Below are positions 11,100 through 23,600 of a stretch of DNA of 36,857 nucleotides, in pieces; position 1 is the stretch's first letter; every line of letters starts with the position of its first letter. The position numbers and the translations under genes are program-made. Source of the stretch: Hydrurus foetidus (lineage: Eukaryota); the NCBI GenBank assembly GCA_900617105.1, contig UYFQ01000378.1, positions 1 to 36,857 of the forward strand, in the 5' to 3' direction. The notes under the pieces were generated by a model. That model searched no databases. It saw nothing but the letters and a program-made list of their open reading frames with translations, and was not told the DNA's origin.

Positions 11100-11793
11100 G
11101 GTATTTTATAATATTGACCCTGAATGACACTATGCCCCTGAATGCCCCCAGTATTTTCATGACACTGAATGATCCTTTGGGGGGTCATTCAGGGGCAAAA
11201 AAATAGAGGGTCATTCAGGGTTCAGGGTCATGCAGGATCATTTTTGGAAAGTCATTCAGGGTCGGTTAGGGTTACAGCTAGTCGTTTCGGCTTGCCTGTT
11301 AGGGTTAGTGGCACTAACCTTGTGTTAGCTAGGGTTAGGGGTTAGGGCAAAGAGTCTAATGACCTAACGCTAGTTGCGTTAGGGTTACAGCTAGTCGTTT
11401 CGGCTTGCCTGTTAGGGTTAGTGGCACTAACCTTGTGTTGGCTAGGGTTAGGGGTTAGGGCAAAGGATCTAATGACCTAACGCTCGTTTCGGCTTGCCTG
11501 TTAGGGTTAGTGGCACTAACCTTGTGTTGGCTAGGGTTAGGGGTTAGGGCAAAGGATCTAATGACCCAAAGCTTAACATGCATCACCGAAGCCGACGACA
11601 GTGGAAACCCATCGATATGATTGCGAATCAGGGTCATGCAGGGTCATTCAAAAAGATATCTTGAGGGGTCACATTCCCCCAGGGTCATTCAGTACCACAA
11701 AAAAAGTCCTTTTTTAAGTACCATTGGGGGTCATGAAAAAACGGGGGTCATTCAGGGGCATAGGGGCATTCAGGGTCATAATTATAGAGTATC
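11100..11793. mobile_element. Non-autonomous fold-back/MITE-like element with long imperfect TIRs and internal telomere-like repeats
   Basis: Imperfect inverted arms of about 65-80 bp (GGTATTTTATAATATTGACCCTGAATGACACTATGCCCCTGAATG versus the reverse complement GATACTCTATAATTATGACCCTGAATGCCCCTATGCCCCTGAATG). CTTTTAAA lies directly on both sides (11092-11099 and 11794-11801), and GGGTCATTCAG motifs recur many times. The superfamily is unresolved (8-bp TSD versus TTAA-type). Confidence 0.8.
11264..11567 (+). repeat. Three tandem units (periods 113 and 89 bp) rich in TTAGGG/GGGTTAG telomere-like motifs
   Basis: The core TCGTTTCGGCTTGCCTGTTAGGGTTAGTGGCACTAACCTTGTGTT(A/G)GCTAGGGTTAGGGGTTAGGGCAAAG occurs three times. 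Confidence 0.9.
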
Positions 11794-11827
11794 CTTTTAA
11801 AACATCATCGAGCATTAATTTGTTGAC

Positions 11828-14246
11828 ATGAGTCTATCATATCGCGAGGCTGGTACTGGTGGTCATGCCAGATCGACTGTGTTGGGCAAAACTTCAGCTT
11901 TGAACCACTTTGTTACTTTTTTGGGAACCAAAAATCTTGTCTACGAGGCCTGCGGACAAGATGAACTGTGCAATGAGAGCAATCTCCGACAGTTTGGCAC
12001 GTACCTAATTGAGCATGCTTTGGCGGCCGACACCGGTTTGCCTCTCGCGAGAGATACGGCAATTCAGGGGTGACGAATGTACTGAAGGCTAAATACAAGG
12101 ATGATAATCTTTTCAGGTCGTCTGAAACTTGGAACACAGAAGTGCGAGGTGACATAATGAAACTGATTACCCGTCGGCATATTGTAAACGGAACAGAGGT
12201 CAAAGACAAATCTAAGGGTGTTGGTAGGCTTCTCATGATTGAAATTGGTCAAGAACTTCTTGATATTGGTACAATCAAATCGATTGAAACAAGAGCAATA
12301 CTAAATACATCATATCATGCTGTTGGTCGCGGCGGTGAGGTCGCTTTACTCACTTGGCCGTGTCTTTACTGGAATTTCAATGAGGAACACCTTGGGGGCA
12401 AGTGGAACCAGCAAAAACATCTGATGTTCAGGAAATGACTTTTTTTGCGGACTCTTCAGATTACAGAGTATGTGAGTTCCACAGTTTAGCATCTTACTTA
12501 GTAGTAGGAGGTGGTGGTCGACATTTGTCATCTAGAACAGCTGCATCATCACAATGGGTATTCCCCAGCTTGTCCAATATCAACGCGGCATCAGCTATAA
12601 CAGCTATGTTAAAGGAACTGGCACATAGAGTTGATGCGCTGCACCCCGATGTGTCTGCAACGGATATTCGTGTGGGAAGCTGCAACGACATAGTCAATGC
12701 GGAAGGTGAGCGATAGATTTTCGAAGCGTTCTACGCAAGTCAACCTCATTTGCTCGACACGTAACTTTGAAGGTGGGGGTTTCGAAGTATCCGTAGCGCG
12801 AGGAGGGTGGAAGACGAAAGGAGAATCTCTGTGTGCCTCGTTCGAATATTTCATGAACACGACCTTTGCAATCAGCACAGGTGGCCGGATCCTGTCCGGG
12901 TACACCAATCCCCGTGCGCCATGCTTTCCGCCAAGATTAGAAGTCTTTGTAACAGATGAAATCGAGATAAATCGCGAAAATGGTGGCGAATCTGTTCAAT
13001 CAAACCTTCGAGATATCATCGTCTCCTTCTTTGGGGAACTTTGCTAAGTCCTTGTTCGCCTGTCTCGTCCAGCATCACGAAGCCATGCAGCACTCTCATG
13101 AATGGATCACATTATTGTCAGAAATGTGATTGCGAGTGCTCAAAAGTTTGGAGTTACCATGACAGAGTTGTCTGATTGGGGTAACTTGGTTAGAGATGAC
13201 TTTATCATGCGAAATGCCTCTCGACATTCGAGCGGTAACAGCACCACGGACTATCAGGTCCATTTCAATACGGTGAGTGCAAAGCACCGAGTCAATGAAT
13301 TGCATCTAATCTAAATTACTACAAAGTGAGACACTGACTATCTTCATGAATATAACGTCAGGCATTGCAAAGAGAGATTATGAGTCTTAGGGCTGAAAAC
13401 CTCAAAATGCAGAACGAGCAAAAAATACAGAACGAGATGCTGAAAGAAGTATTGCTACTGCTGCGAAAGAATGAAGTGATGCAGTTATCTCAATCTCCTC
13501 AACCAAGAAAAAGCTCGTCCAAATTACCGGTAAAACATTCTGTCTTCTCACATCACAGATTCCCGAATCTGAATAAACTAAAACAGTACCCATCAACTTG
13601 CACATCTCTAGAGGGAGACTTCAGACGCAACTTCACCTGTTAAAGCCCCGGATGATCTAGTGAAAGTTTCGAACATTTCAAATCTACTGGTTAGGTCAGG
13701 CAAAGGATATGAGATATCCAAGACAAGTAACCTCGGGATAGGTACCCTATTCTGTGATTTCTACGAGTATAATCTCAAAGACAACTCATCCTGGGTGAGA
13801 TTAAGTAGAGAGGTCTCAAGGAGCAAGAACGTCTTTGCGTACATGATCGGCCATGCGAGTGAGGGCGAGCTGGCGTTCCTCAACGGCAAACAGCCGTCAA
13901 AGGACAGGGTGGGAGACCAGTGGACCAAATGGCACAGTCAGCTCAAAGCTATTGGTCGCAGTATATCGACAGTCACCATGGCAGCACTGCTGGATGAGGA
14001 ACTGAAATATTTTGGAGAGAAATCTAATAAATCAAAAGCTGGTGCAAAAGTGACTGCGACTGTATCTGCAGTCGACAAAAGAATTACAAATTTAAAAGCA
14101 GCGAAGGCGGAAGAGAGCAATAAGAATCACAAGTATGTGATGGTACAGGCTACTGCACGGCCGTATTTTGCGCTCCAGTATCCCGTATCTTCTAGTTCGG
14201 ATCAGCTTTCCGAATCTCGATCGGCTGCCATGGGCAGCTGCAGCAG

Positions 14247-14318
<72 letters not shown>

Positions 14319-14421
14319 CTCTTCCTCCTCTGAAGTACTCGCTAGTAGCACCACCTTGGTAACTGCACAACTTCGAAAATCAGCTGTTCAATCTCCCCCG
14401 TTGAAGAAGGCGCGACTCTAA
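11828..14421 (+). pseudogene. Crypton-like tyrosine recombinase gene, spliced and multiply frameshifted
   Basis: Consecutive ORF fragments give an N-terminal helical core-binding-like region, box I GRGGE (R), QQK-T (K), WVFP, ATDIRVG (box II R), ARGGW and a downstream FEY (candidate catalytic Tyr). GT-AG introns 12706-12772 and 13273-13361 join adjacent fragments in frame. Frameshifts lie near 12070, 12418, 12975, 13100 and 13550-13650. The C-terminus has poly-Ser and NLS-like PPLKKARL. No RT is adjacent, consistent with Crypton rather than DIRS. Confidence 0.75.
14242..14320 (+). repeat. (AGC)n/(AGT) trinucleotide tract encoding poly-Ser
   Basis: A direct agcagcagc run lies within ORF 13660-14421. 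Confidence 0.92.
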
Positions 14422-14617
14422 GTCAGCACTGTTATTGCCTCGCACGACCTGATTATCGATTTTGATTTATGCTAATTGGCTCCCCCTTATATAAGAACTT
14501 GATGTTTACTTAGTATACTTAGAAATAAGAGAAGACTATAATTAAACAGGTTGACTAGACTGTACGAATTTATTGCGTAAATGAGCCGTCCACTCTGTGA
14601 TTCATTCTTGCGGCTCA

Positions 14618-17600
14618 CTATTTGAATTGCGCCAGAATCCGCAAAGTAGAAGCTGTGGTTCGGTCTGCATCGCACCTGAATACATGCTGCATAAGGTGCT
14701 CCAGCACTGATGCAGTAGTTGCTATGCTACTCGAGAGGTTGTATCCATCGCGTAGTACCGCGATTAGAATCGCGTTGAATGAGATCAGGTCAGTTGTCGA
14801 ATAGAAGACGTGCAAAAGAGAAGCTGTGGTTCGGTCTGCATCGCACCCGAATACATGCTGCATAAGGTGCTCCAGCACTGATGCAGTAGTTGCTATGCTA
14901 CTCGAGAGGTTGTATCCATCGCGTAGTACCGCGATTAGAATCGCGTTGAATGAGATCAGGTCAGTTGTCGAATAGAAGACGTGCAAAAGAGAAGCTGTGG
15001 TTCGGTCTGCATCGCACCCGAATACATGCTGCATAAGGTGCTCCAGCACTGATGCAGTAGTTGCTATGCTACTCGAGAGGTTGTATCCATCGCGTAGTAC
15101 CGCGATTAGAATCGCGTTGAATGAGATCAGGTCAGTTGTCGAATAGAAGACGTGCAAAAGAGAAGCTGTGGTTCGGTCTGCATCGCACCCGAATACATGC
15201 TGCATAAGGTGCTCCAGCACTGATGCAGTAGTTGCTATGCTACTCGAGAGGTTGTATCCATCGCGTAGTACCGCGATTAGAATCGCGTTGAATGAGATCA
15301 GGTCAGTTGTCGAATAGAAGACGTGCAAAAGAGAAGCTGTGGTTCGGTCTGCATCGCACCCGAATACATGCTGCATAAGGTGCTCCAGCACTGATGCAGT
15401 AGTTGCTATGCTACTCGAGAGGTTGTATCCATCGCGTAGTACCGCGATTAGAATCGCGTTGAATGAGATCAGGTCAGTTGTCGAATAGAAGACGTGCAAA
15501 AGAGAAGCTGTGGTTCGGTCTGCATCGCACCCGAATACATGCTGCATAAGGTGCTCCAGCACTGATGCAGTAGTTGCTATGCTACTCGAGAGGTTGTATC
15601 CATCGCGTAGTACCGCGATTAGAATCGCGTTGAATGAGATCAGGTCAGTTGTCGAATAGAAGACGTGCAAAAGAGAAGCTGTGGTTCGGTCTGCATCGCA
15701 CCCGAATACATGCTGCATAAGGTGCTCCAGCACTGATGCAGTAGTTGCTATGCTACTCGAGAGGTTGTATCCATCGCGTAGTACCGCGATTAGAATCGCG
15801 TTGAATGAGATCAGGTCAGTTGTCGAATAGAAGACGTGCAAAAGAGAAGCTGTGGTTCGGTCTGCATCGCACCCGAATACATGCTGCATAAGGTGCTCCA
15901 GCACTGATGCAGTAGTTGCTATGCTACTCGAGAGGTTGTATCCATCGCGTAGTACCGCGATTAGAATCGCGTTGAATGAGATCAGGTCAGTTGTCGAATA
16001 GAAGACGTGCAAAAGAGAAGCTGTGGTTCGGTCTGCATCGCACCCGAATACATGCTGCATAAGGTGCTCCAGCACTGATGCAGTAGTTGCTATGCTACTC
16101 GAGAGGTTGTATCCATCGCGTAGTACCGCGATTAGAATCGCGTTGAATGAGATCAGGTCAGTTGTCGAATAGAAGACGTGCAAAAGAGAAGCTGTGGTTC
16201 GGTCTGCATCGCACCCGAATACATGCTGCATAAGGTGCTCCAGCACTGATGCAGTAGTTGCTATGCTACTCGAGAGGTTGTATCCATCGCGTAGTACCGC
16301 GATTAGAATCGCGTTGAATGAGATCAGGTCAGTTGTCGAATAGAAGACGTGCAAAAGAGAAGCTGTGGTTCGGTCTGCATCGCACCCGAATACATGCTGC
16401 ATAAGGTGCTCCAGCACTGATGCAGTAGTTGCTATGCTACTCGAGAGGTTGTATCCATCGCGTAGTACCGCGATTAGAATCGCGTTGAATGAGATCAGGT
16501 CAGTTGTCGAATAGAAGACGTGCAAAAGAGAAGCTGTGGTTCGGTCTGCATCGCACCCGAATACATGCTGCATAAGGTGCTCCAGCACTGATGCAGTAGT
16601 TGCTATGCTACTCGAGAGGTTGTATCCATCGCGTAGTACCGCGATTAGAATCGCGTTGAATGAGATCAGGTCAGTTGTCGAATAGAAGACGTGCAAAAGA
16701 GAAGCTGTGGTTCGGTCTGCATCGCACCCGAATACATGCTGCATAAGGTGCTCCAGCACTGATGCAGTAGTTGCTATGCTACTCGAGAGGTTGTATCCAT
16801 CGCGTAGTACCGCGATTAGAATCGCGTTGAATGAGATCAGGTCAGTTGTCGAATAGAAGACGTGCAAAAGAGAAGCTGTGGTTCGGTCTGCATCGCACCC
16901 GAATACATGCTGCATAAGGTGCTCCAGCACTGATGCAGTAGTTGCTATGCTACTCGAGAGGTTGTATCCATCGCGTAGTACCGCGATTAGAATCGCGTTG
17001 AATGAGATCAGGTCAGTTGTCGAATAGAAGACGTGCAAAAGAGAAGCTGTGGTTCGGTCTGCATCGCACCCGAATACATGCTGCATAAGGTGCTCCAGCA
17101 CTGATGCAGTAGTTGCTATGCTACTCGAGAGGTTGTATCCATCGCGTAGTACCGCGATTAGAATCGCGTTGAATGAGATCAGGTCAGTTGTCGAATAGAA
17201 GACGTGCAAAAGAGAAGCTGTGGTTCGGTCTGCATCGCACCCGAATACATGCTGCATAAGGTGCTCCAGCACTGATGCAGTAGTTGCTATGCTACTCGAG
17301 AGGTTGTATCCATCGCGTAGTACCGCGATTAGAATCGCGTTGAATGAGATCAGGTCAGTTGTCGAATAGAAGACGTGCAAAAGAGAAGCTGTGGTTCGGT
17401 CTGCATCGCACCCGAATACATGCTGCATAAGGTGCTCCAGCACTGATGCAGTAGTTGCTATGCTACTCGAGAGGTTGTATCCATCGCGTAGTACCGCGAT
17501 TAGAATCGCGTTGAATGAGATCAGGTCAGTTGTCGAATAGAAGACGTGCAAAAGAGAAGCTGTGGTTCGGTCTGCATCGCACCCGAATACATGCTGCATA

Positions 17601-20600
17601 AGGTGCTCCAGCACTGATGCAGTAGTTGCTATGCTACTCGAGAGGTTGTATCCATCGCGTAGTACCGCGATTAGAATCGCGTTGAATGAGATCAGGTCAG
17701 TTGTCGAATAGAAGACGTGCAAAAGAGAAGCTGTGGTTCGGTCTGCATCGCACCCGAATACATGCTGCATAAGGTGCTCCAGCACTGATGCAGTAGTTGC
17801 TATGCTACTCGAGAGGTTGTATCCATCGCGTAGTACCGCGATTAGAATCGCGTTGAATGAGATCAGGTCAGTTGTCGAATAGAAGACGTGCAAAAGAGAA
17901 GCTGTGGTTCGGTCTGCATCGCACCCGAATACATGCTGCATAAGGTGCTCCAGCACTGATGCAGTAGTTGCTATGCTACTCGAGAGGTTGTATCCATCGC
18001 GTAGTACCGCGATTAGAATCGCGTTGAATGAGATCAGGTCAGTTGTCGAATAGAAGACGTGCAAAAGAGAAGCTGTGGTTCGGTCTGCATCGCACCCGAA
18101 TACATGCTGCATAAGGTGCTCCAGCACTGATGCAGTAGTTGCTATGCTACTCGAGAGGTTGTATCCATCGCGTAGTACCGCGATTAGAATCGCGTTGAAT
18201 GAGATCAGGTCAGTTGTCGAATAGAAGACGTGCAAAAGAGAAGCTGTGGTTCGGTCTGCATCGCACCCGAATACATGCTGCATAAGGTGCTCCAGCACTG
18301 ATGCAGTAGTTGCTATGCTACTCGAGAGGTTGTATCCATCGCGTAGTACCGCGATTAGAATCGCGTTGAATGAGATCAGGTCAGTTGTCGAATAGAAGAC
18401 GTGCAAAAGAGAAGCTGTGGTTCGGTCTGCATCGCACCCGAATACATGCTGCATAAGGTGCTCCAGCACTGATGCAGTAGTTGCTATGCTACTCGAGAGG
18501 TTGTATCCATCGCGTAGTACCGCGATTAGAATCGCGTTGAATGAGATCAGGTCAGTTGTCGAATAGAAGACGTGCAAAAGAGAAGCTGTGGTTCGGTCTG
18601 CATCGCACCCGAATACATGCTGCATAAGGTGCTCCAGCACTGATGCAGTAGTTGCTATGCTACTCGAGAGGTTGTATCCATCGCGTAGTACCGCGATTAG
18701 AATCGCGTTGAATGAGATCAGGTCAGTTGTCGAATAGAAGACGTGCAAAAGAGAAGCTGTGGTTCGGTCTGCATCGCACCCGAATACATGCTGCATAAGG
18801 TGCTCCAGCACTGATGCAGTAGTTGCTATGCTACTCGAGAGGTTGTATCCATCGCGTAGTACCGCGATTAGAATCGCGTTGAATGAGATCAGGTCAGTTG
18901 TCGAATAGAAGACGTGCAAAAGAGAAGCTGTGGTTCGGTCTGCATCGCACCCGAATACATGCTGCATAAGGTGCTCCAGCACTGATGCAGTAGTTGCTAT
19001 GCTACTCGAGAGGTTGTATCCATCGCGTAGTACCGCGATTAGAATCGCGTTGAATGAGATCAGGTCAGTTGTCGAATAGAAGACGTGCAAAAGAGAAGCT
19101 GTGGTTCGGTCTGCATCGCACCCGAATACATGCTGCATAAGGTGCTCCAGCACTGATGCAGTAGTTGCTATGCTACTCGAGAGGTTGTATCCATCGCGTA
19201 GTACCGCGATTAGAATCGCGTTGAATGAGATCAGGTCAGTTGTCGAATAGAAGACGTGCAAAAGAGAAGCTGTGGTTCGGTCTGCATCGCACCCGAATAC
19301 ATGCTGCATAAGGTGCTCCAGCACTGATGCAGTAGTTGCTATGCTACTCGAGAGGTTGTATCCATCGCGTAGTACCGCGATTAGAATCGCGTTGAATGAG
19401 ATCAGGTCAGTTGTCGAATAGAAGACGTGCAAAAGAGAAGCTGTGGTTCGGTCTGCATCGCACCCGAATACATGCTGCATAAGGTGCTCCAGCACTGATG
19501 CAGTAGTTGCTATGCTACTCGAGAGGTTGTATCCATCGCGTAGTACCGCGATTAGAATCGCGTTGAATGAGATCAGGTCAGTTGTCGAATAGAAGACGTG
19601 CAAAAGAGAAGCTGTGGTTCGGTCTGCATCGCACCCGAATACATGCTGCATAAGGTGCTCCAGCACTGATGCAGTAGTTGCTATGCTACTCGAGAGGTTG
19701 TATCCATCGCGTAGTACCGCGATTAGAATCGCGTTGAATGAGATCAGGTCAGTTGTCGAATAGAAGACGTGCAAAAGAGAAGCTGTGGTTCGGTCTGCAT
19801 CGCACCCGAATACATGCTGCATAAGGTGCTCCAGCACTGATGCAGTAGTTGCTATGCTACTCGAGAGGTTGTATCCATCGCGTAGTACCGCGATTAGAAT
19901 CGCGTTGAATGAGATCAGGTCAGTTGTCGAATAGAAGACGTGCAAAAGAGAAGCTGTGGTTCGGTCTGCATCGCACCCGAATACATGCTGCATAAGGTGC
20001 TCCAGCACTGATGCAGTAGTTGCTATGCTACTCGAGAGGTTGTATCCATCGCGTAGTACCGCGATTAGAATCGCGTTGAATGAGATCAGGTCAGTTGTCG
20101 AATAGAAGACGTGCAAAAGAGAAGCTGTGGTTCGGTCTGCATCGCACCCGAATACATGCTGCATAAGGTGCTCCAGCACTGATGCAGTAGTTGCTATGCT
20201 ACTCGAGAGGTTGTATCCATCGCGTAGTACCGCGATTAGAATCGCGTTGAATGAGATCAGGTCAGTTGTCGAATAGAAGACGTGCAAAAGAGAAGCTGTG
20301 GTTCGGTCTGCATCGCACCCGAATACATGCTGCATAAGGTGCTCCAGCACTGATGCAGTAGTTGCTATGCTACTCGAGAGGTTGTATCCATCGCGTAGTA
20401 CCGCGATTAGAATCGCGTTGAATGAGATCAGGTCAGTTGTCGAATAGAAGACGTGCAAAAGAGAAGCTGTGGTTCGGTCTGCATCGCACCCGAATACATG
20501 CTGCATAAGGTGCTCCAGCACTGATGCAGTAGTTGCTATGCTACTCGAGAGGTTGTATCCATCGCGTAGTACCGCGATTAGAATCGCGTTGAATGAGATC

Positions 20601-23600
20601 AGGTCAGTTGTCGAATAGAAGACGTGCAAAAGAGAAGCTGTGGTTCGGTCTGCATCGCACCCGAATACATGCTGCATAAGGTGCTCCAGCACTGATGCAG
20701 TAGTTGCTATGCTACTCGAGAGGTTGTATCCATCGCGTAGTACCGCGATTAGAATCGCGTTGAATGAGATCAGGTCAGTTGTCGAATAGAAGACGTGCAA
20801 AAGAGAAGCTGTGGTTCGGTCTGCATCGCACCCGAATACATGCTGCATAAGGTGCTCCAGCACTGATGCAGTAGTTGCTATGCTACTCGAGAGGTTGTAT
20901 CCATCGCGTAGTACCGCGATTAGAATCGCGTTGAATGAGATCAGGTCAGTTGTCGAATAGAAGACGTGCAAAAGAGAAGCTGTGGTTCGGTCTGCATCGC
21001 ACCCGAATACATGCTGCATAAGGTGCTCCAGCACTGATGCAGTAGTTGCTATGCTACTCGAGAGGTTGTATCCATCGCGTAGTACCGCGATTAGAATCGC
21101 GTTGAATGAGATCAGGTCAGTTGTCGAATAGAAGACGTGCAAAAGAGAAGCTGTGGTTCGGTCTGCATCGCACCCGAATACATGCTGCATAAGGTGCTCC
21201 AGCACTGATGCAGTAGTTGCTATGCTACTCGAGAGGTTGTATCCATCGCGTAGTACCGCGATTAGAATCGCGTTGAATGAGATCAGGTCAGTTGTCGAAT
21301 AGAAGACGTGCAAAAGAGAAGCTGTGGTTCGGTCTGCATCGCACCCGAATACATGCTGCATAAGGTGCTCCAGCACTGATGCAGTAGTTGCTATGCTACT
21401 CGAGAGGTTGTATCCATCGCGTAGTACCGCGATTAGAATCGCGTTGAATGAGATCAGGTCAGTTGTCGAATAGAAGACGTGCAAAAGAGAAGCTGTGGTT
21501 CGGTCTGCATCGCACCCGAATACATGCTGCATAAGGTGCTCCAGCACTGATGCAGTAGTTGCTATGCTACTCGAGAGGTTGTATCCATCGCGTAGTACCG
21601 CGATTAGAATCGCGTTGAATGAGATCAGGTCAGTTGTCGAATAGAAGACGTGCAAAAGAGAAGCTGTGGTTCGGTCTGCATCGCACCCGAATACATGCTG
21701 CATAAGGTGCTCCAGCACTGATGCAGTAGTTGCTATGCTACTCGAGAGGTTGTATCCATCGCGTAGTACCGCGATTAGAATCGCGTTGAATGAGATCAGG
21801 TCAGTTGTCGAATAGAAGACGTGCAAAAGAGAAGCTGTGGTTCGGTCTGCATCGCACCCGAATACATGCTGCATAAGGTGCTCCAGCACTGATGCAGTAG
21901 TTGCTATGCTACTCGAGAGGTTGTATCCATCGCGTAGTACCGCGATTAGAATCGCGTTGAATGAGATCAGGTCAGTTGTCGAATAGAAGACGTGCAAAAG
22001 AGAAGCTGTGGTTCGGTCTGCATCGCACCCGAATACATGCTGCATAAGGTGCTCCAGCACTGATGCAGTAGTTGCTATGCTACTCGAGAGGTTGTATCCA
22101 TCGCGTAGTACCGCGATTAGAATCGCGTTGAATGAGATCAGGTCAGTTGTCGAATAGAAGACGTGCAAAAGAGAAGCTGTGGTTCGGTCTGCATCGCACC
22201 CGAATACATGCTGCATAAGGTGCTCCAGCACTGATGCAGTAGTTGCTATGCTACTCGAGAGGTTGTATCCATCGCGTAGTACCGCGATTAGAATCGCGTT
22301 GAATGAGATCAGGTCAGTTGTCGAATAGAAGACGTGCAAAAGAGAAGCTGTGGTTCGGTCTGCATCGCACCCGAATACATGCTGCATAAGGTGCTCCAGC
22401 ACTGATGCAGTAGTTGCTATGCTACTCGAGAGGTTGTATCCATCGCGTAGTACCGCGATTAGAATCGCGTTGAATGAGATCAGGTCAGTTGTCGAATAGA
22501 AGACGTGCAAAAGAGAAGCTGTGGTTCGGTCTGCATCGCACCCGAATACATGCTGCATAAGGTGCTCCAGCACTGATGCAGTAGTTGCTATGCTACTCGA
22601 GAGGTTGTATCCATCGCGTAGTACCGCGATTAGAATCGCGTTGAATGAGATCAGGTCAGTTGTCGAATAGAAGACGTGCAAAAGAGAAGCTGTGGTTCGG
22701 TCTGCATCGCACCCGAATACATGCTGCATAAGGTGCTCCAGCACTGATGCAGTAGTTGCTATGCTACTCGAGAGGTTGTATCCATCGCGTAGTACCGCGA
22801 TTAGAATCGCGTTGAATGAGATCAGGTCAGTTGTCGAATAGAAGACGTGCAAAAGAGAAGCTGTGGTTCGGTCTGCATCGCACCCGAATACATGCTGCAT
22901 AAGGTGCTCCAGCACTGATGCAGTAGTTGCTATGCTACTCGAGAGGTTGTATCCATCGCGTAGTACCGCGATTAGAATCGCGTTGAATGAGATCAGGTCA
23001 GTTGTCGAATAGAAGACGTGCAAAAGAGAAGCTGTGGTTCGGTCTGCATCGCACCCGAATACATGCTGCATAAGGTGCTCCAGCACTGATGCAGTAGTTG
23101 CTATGCTACTCGAGAGGTTGTATCCATCGCGTAGTACCGCGATTAGAATCGCGTTGAATGAGATCAGGTCAGTTGTCGAATAGAAGACGTGCAAAAGAGA
23201 AGCTGTGGTTCGGTCTGCATCGCACCCGAATACATGCTGCATAAGGTGCTCCAGCACTGATGCAGTAGTTGCTATGCTACTCGAGAGGTTGTATCCATCG
23301 CGTAGTACCGCGATTAGAATCGCGTTGAATGAGATCAGGTCAGTTGTCGAATAGAAGACGTGCAAAAGAGAAGCTGTGGTTCGGTCTGCATCGCACCCGA
23401 ATACATGCTGCATAAGGTGCTCCAGCACTGATGCAGTAGTTGCTATGCTACTCGAGAGGTTGTATCCATCGCGTAGTACCGCGATTAGAATCGCGTTGAA
23501 TGAGATCAGGTCAGTTGTCGAATAGAAGACGTGCAAAAGAGAAGCTGTGGTTCGGTCTGCATCGCACCCGAATACATGCTGCATAAGGTGCTCCAGCACT

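Noticed and set aside
11264..11567. True telomere or chromosome end
   Set aside because: The TTAGGG motifs are short, interspersed in longer units, and enclosed by the TIRs of an internal element.
14092..14370. Poly-Ala ORFs on both strands
   Set aside because: These are alternative readings of the (AGC)n tract inside the recombinase C-terminal exon.
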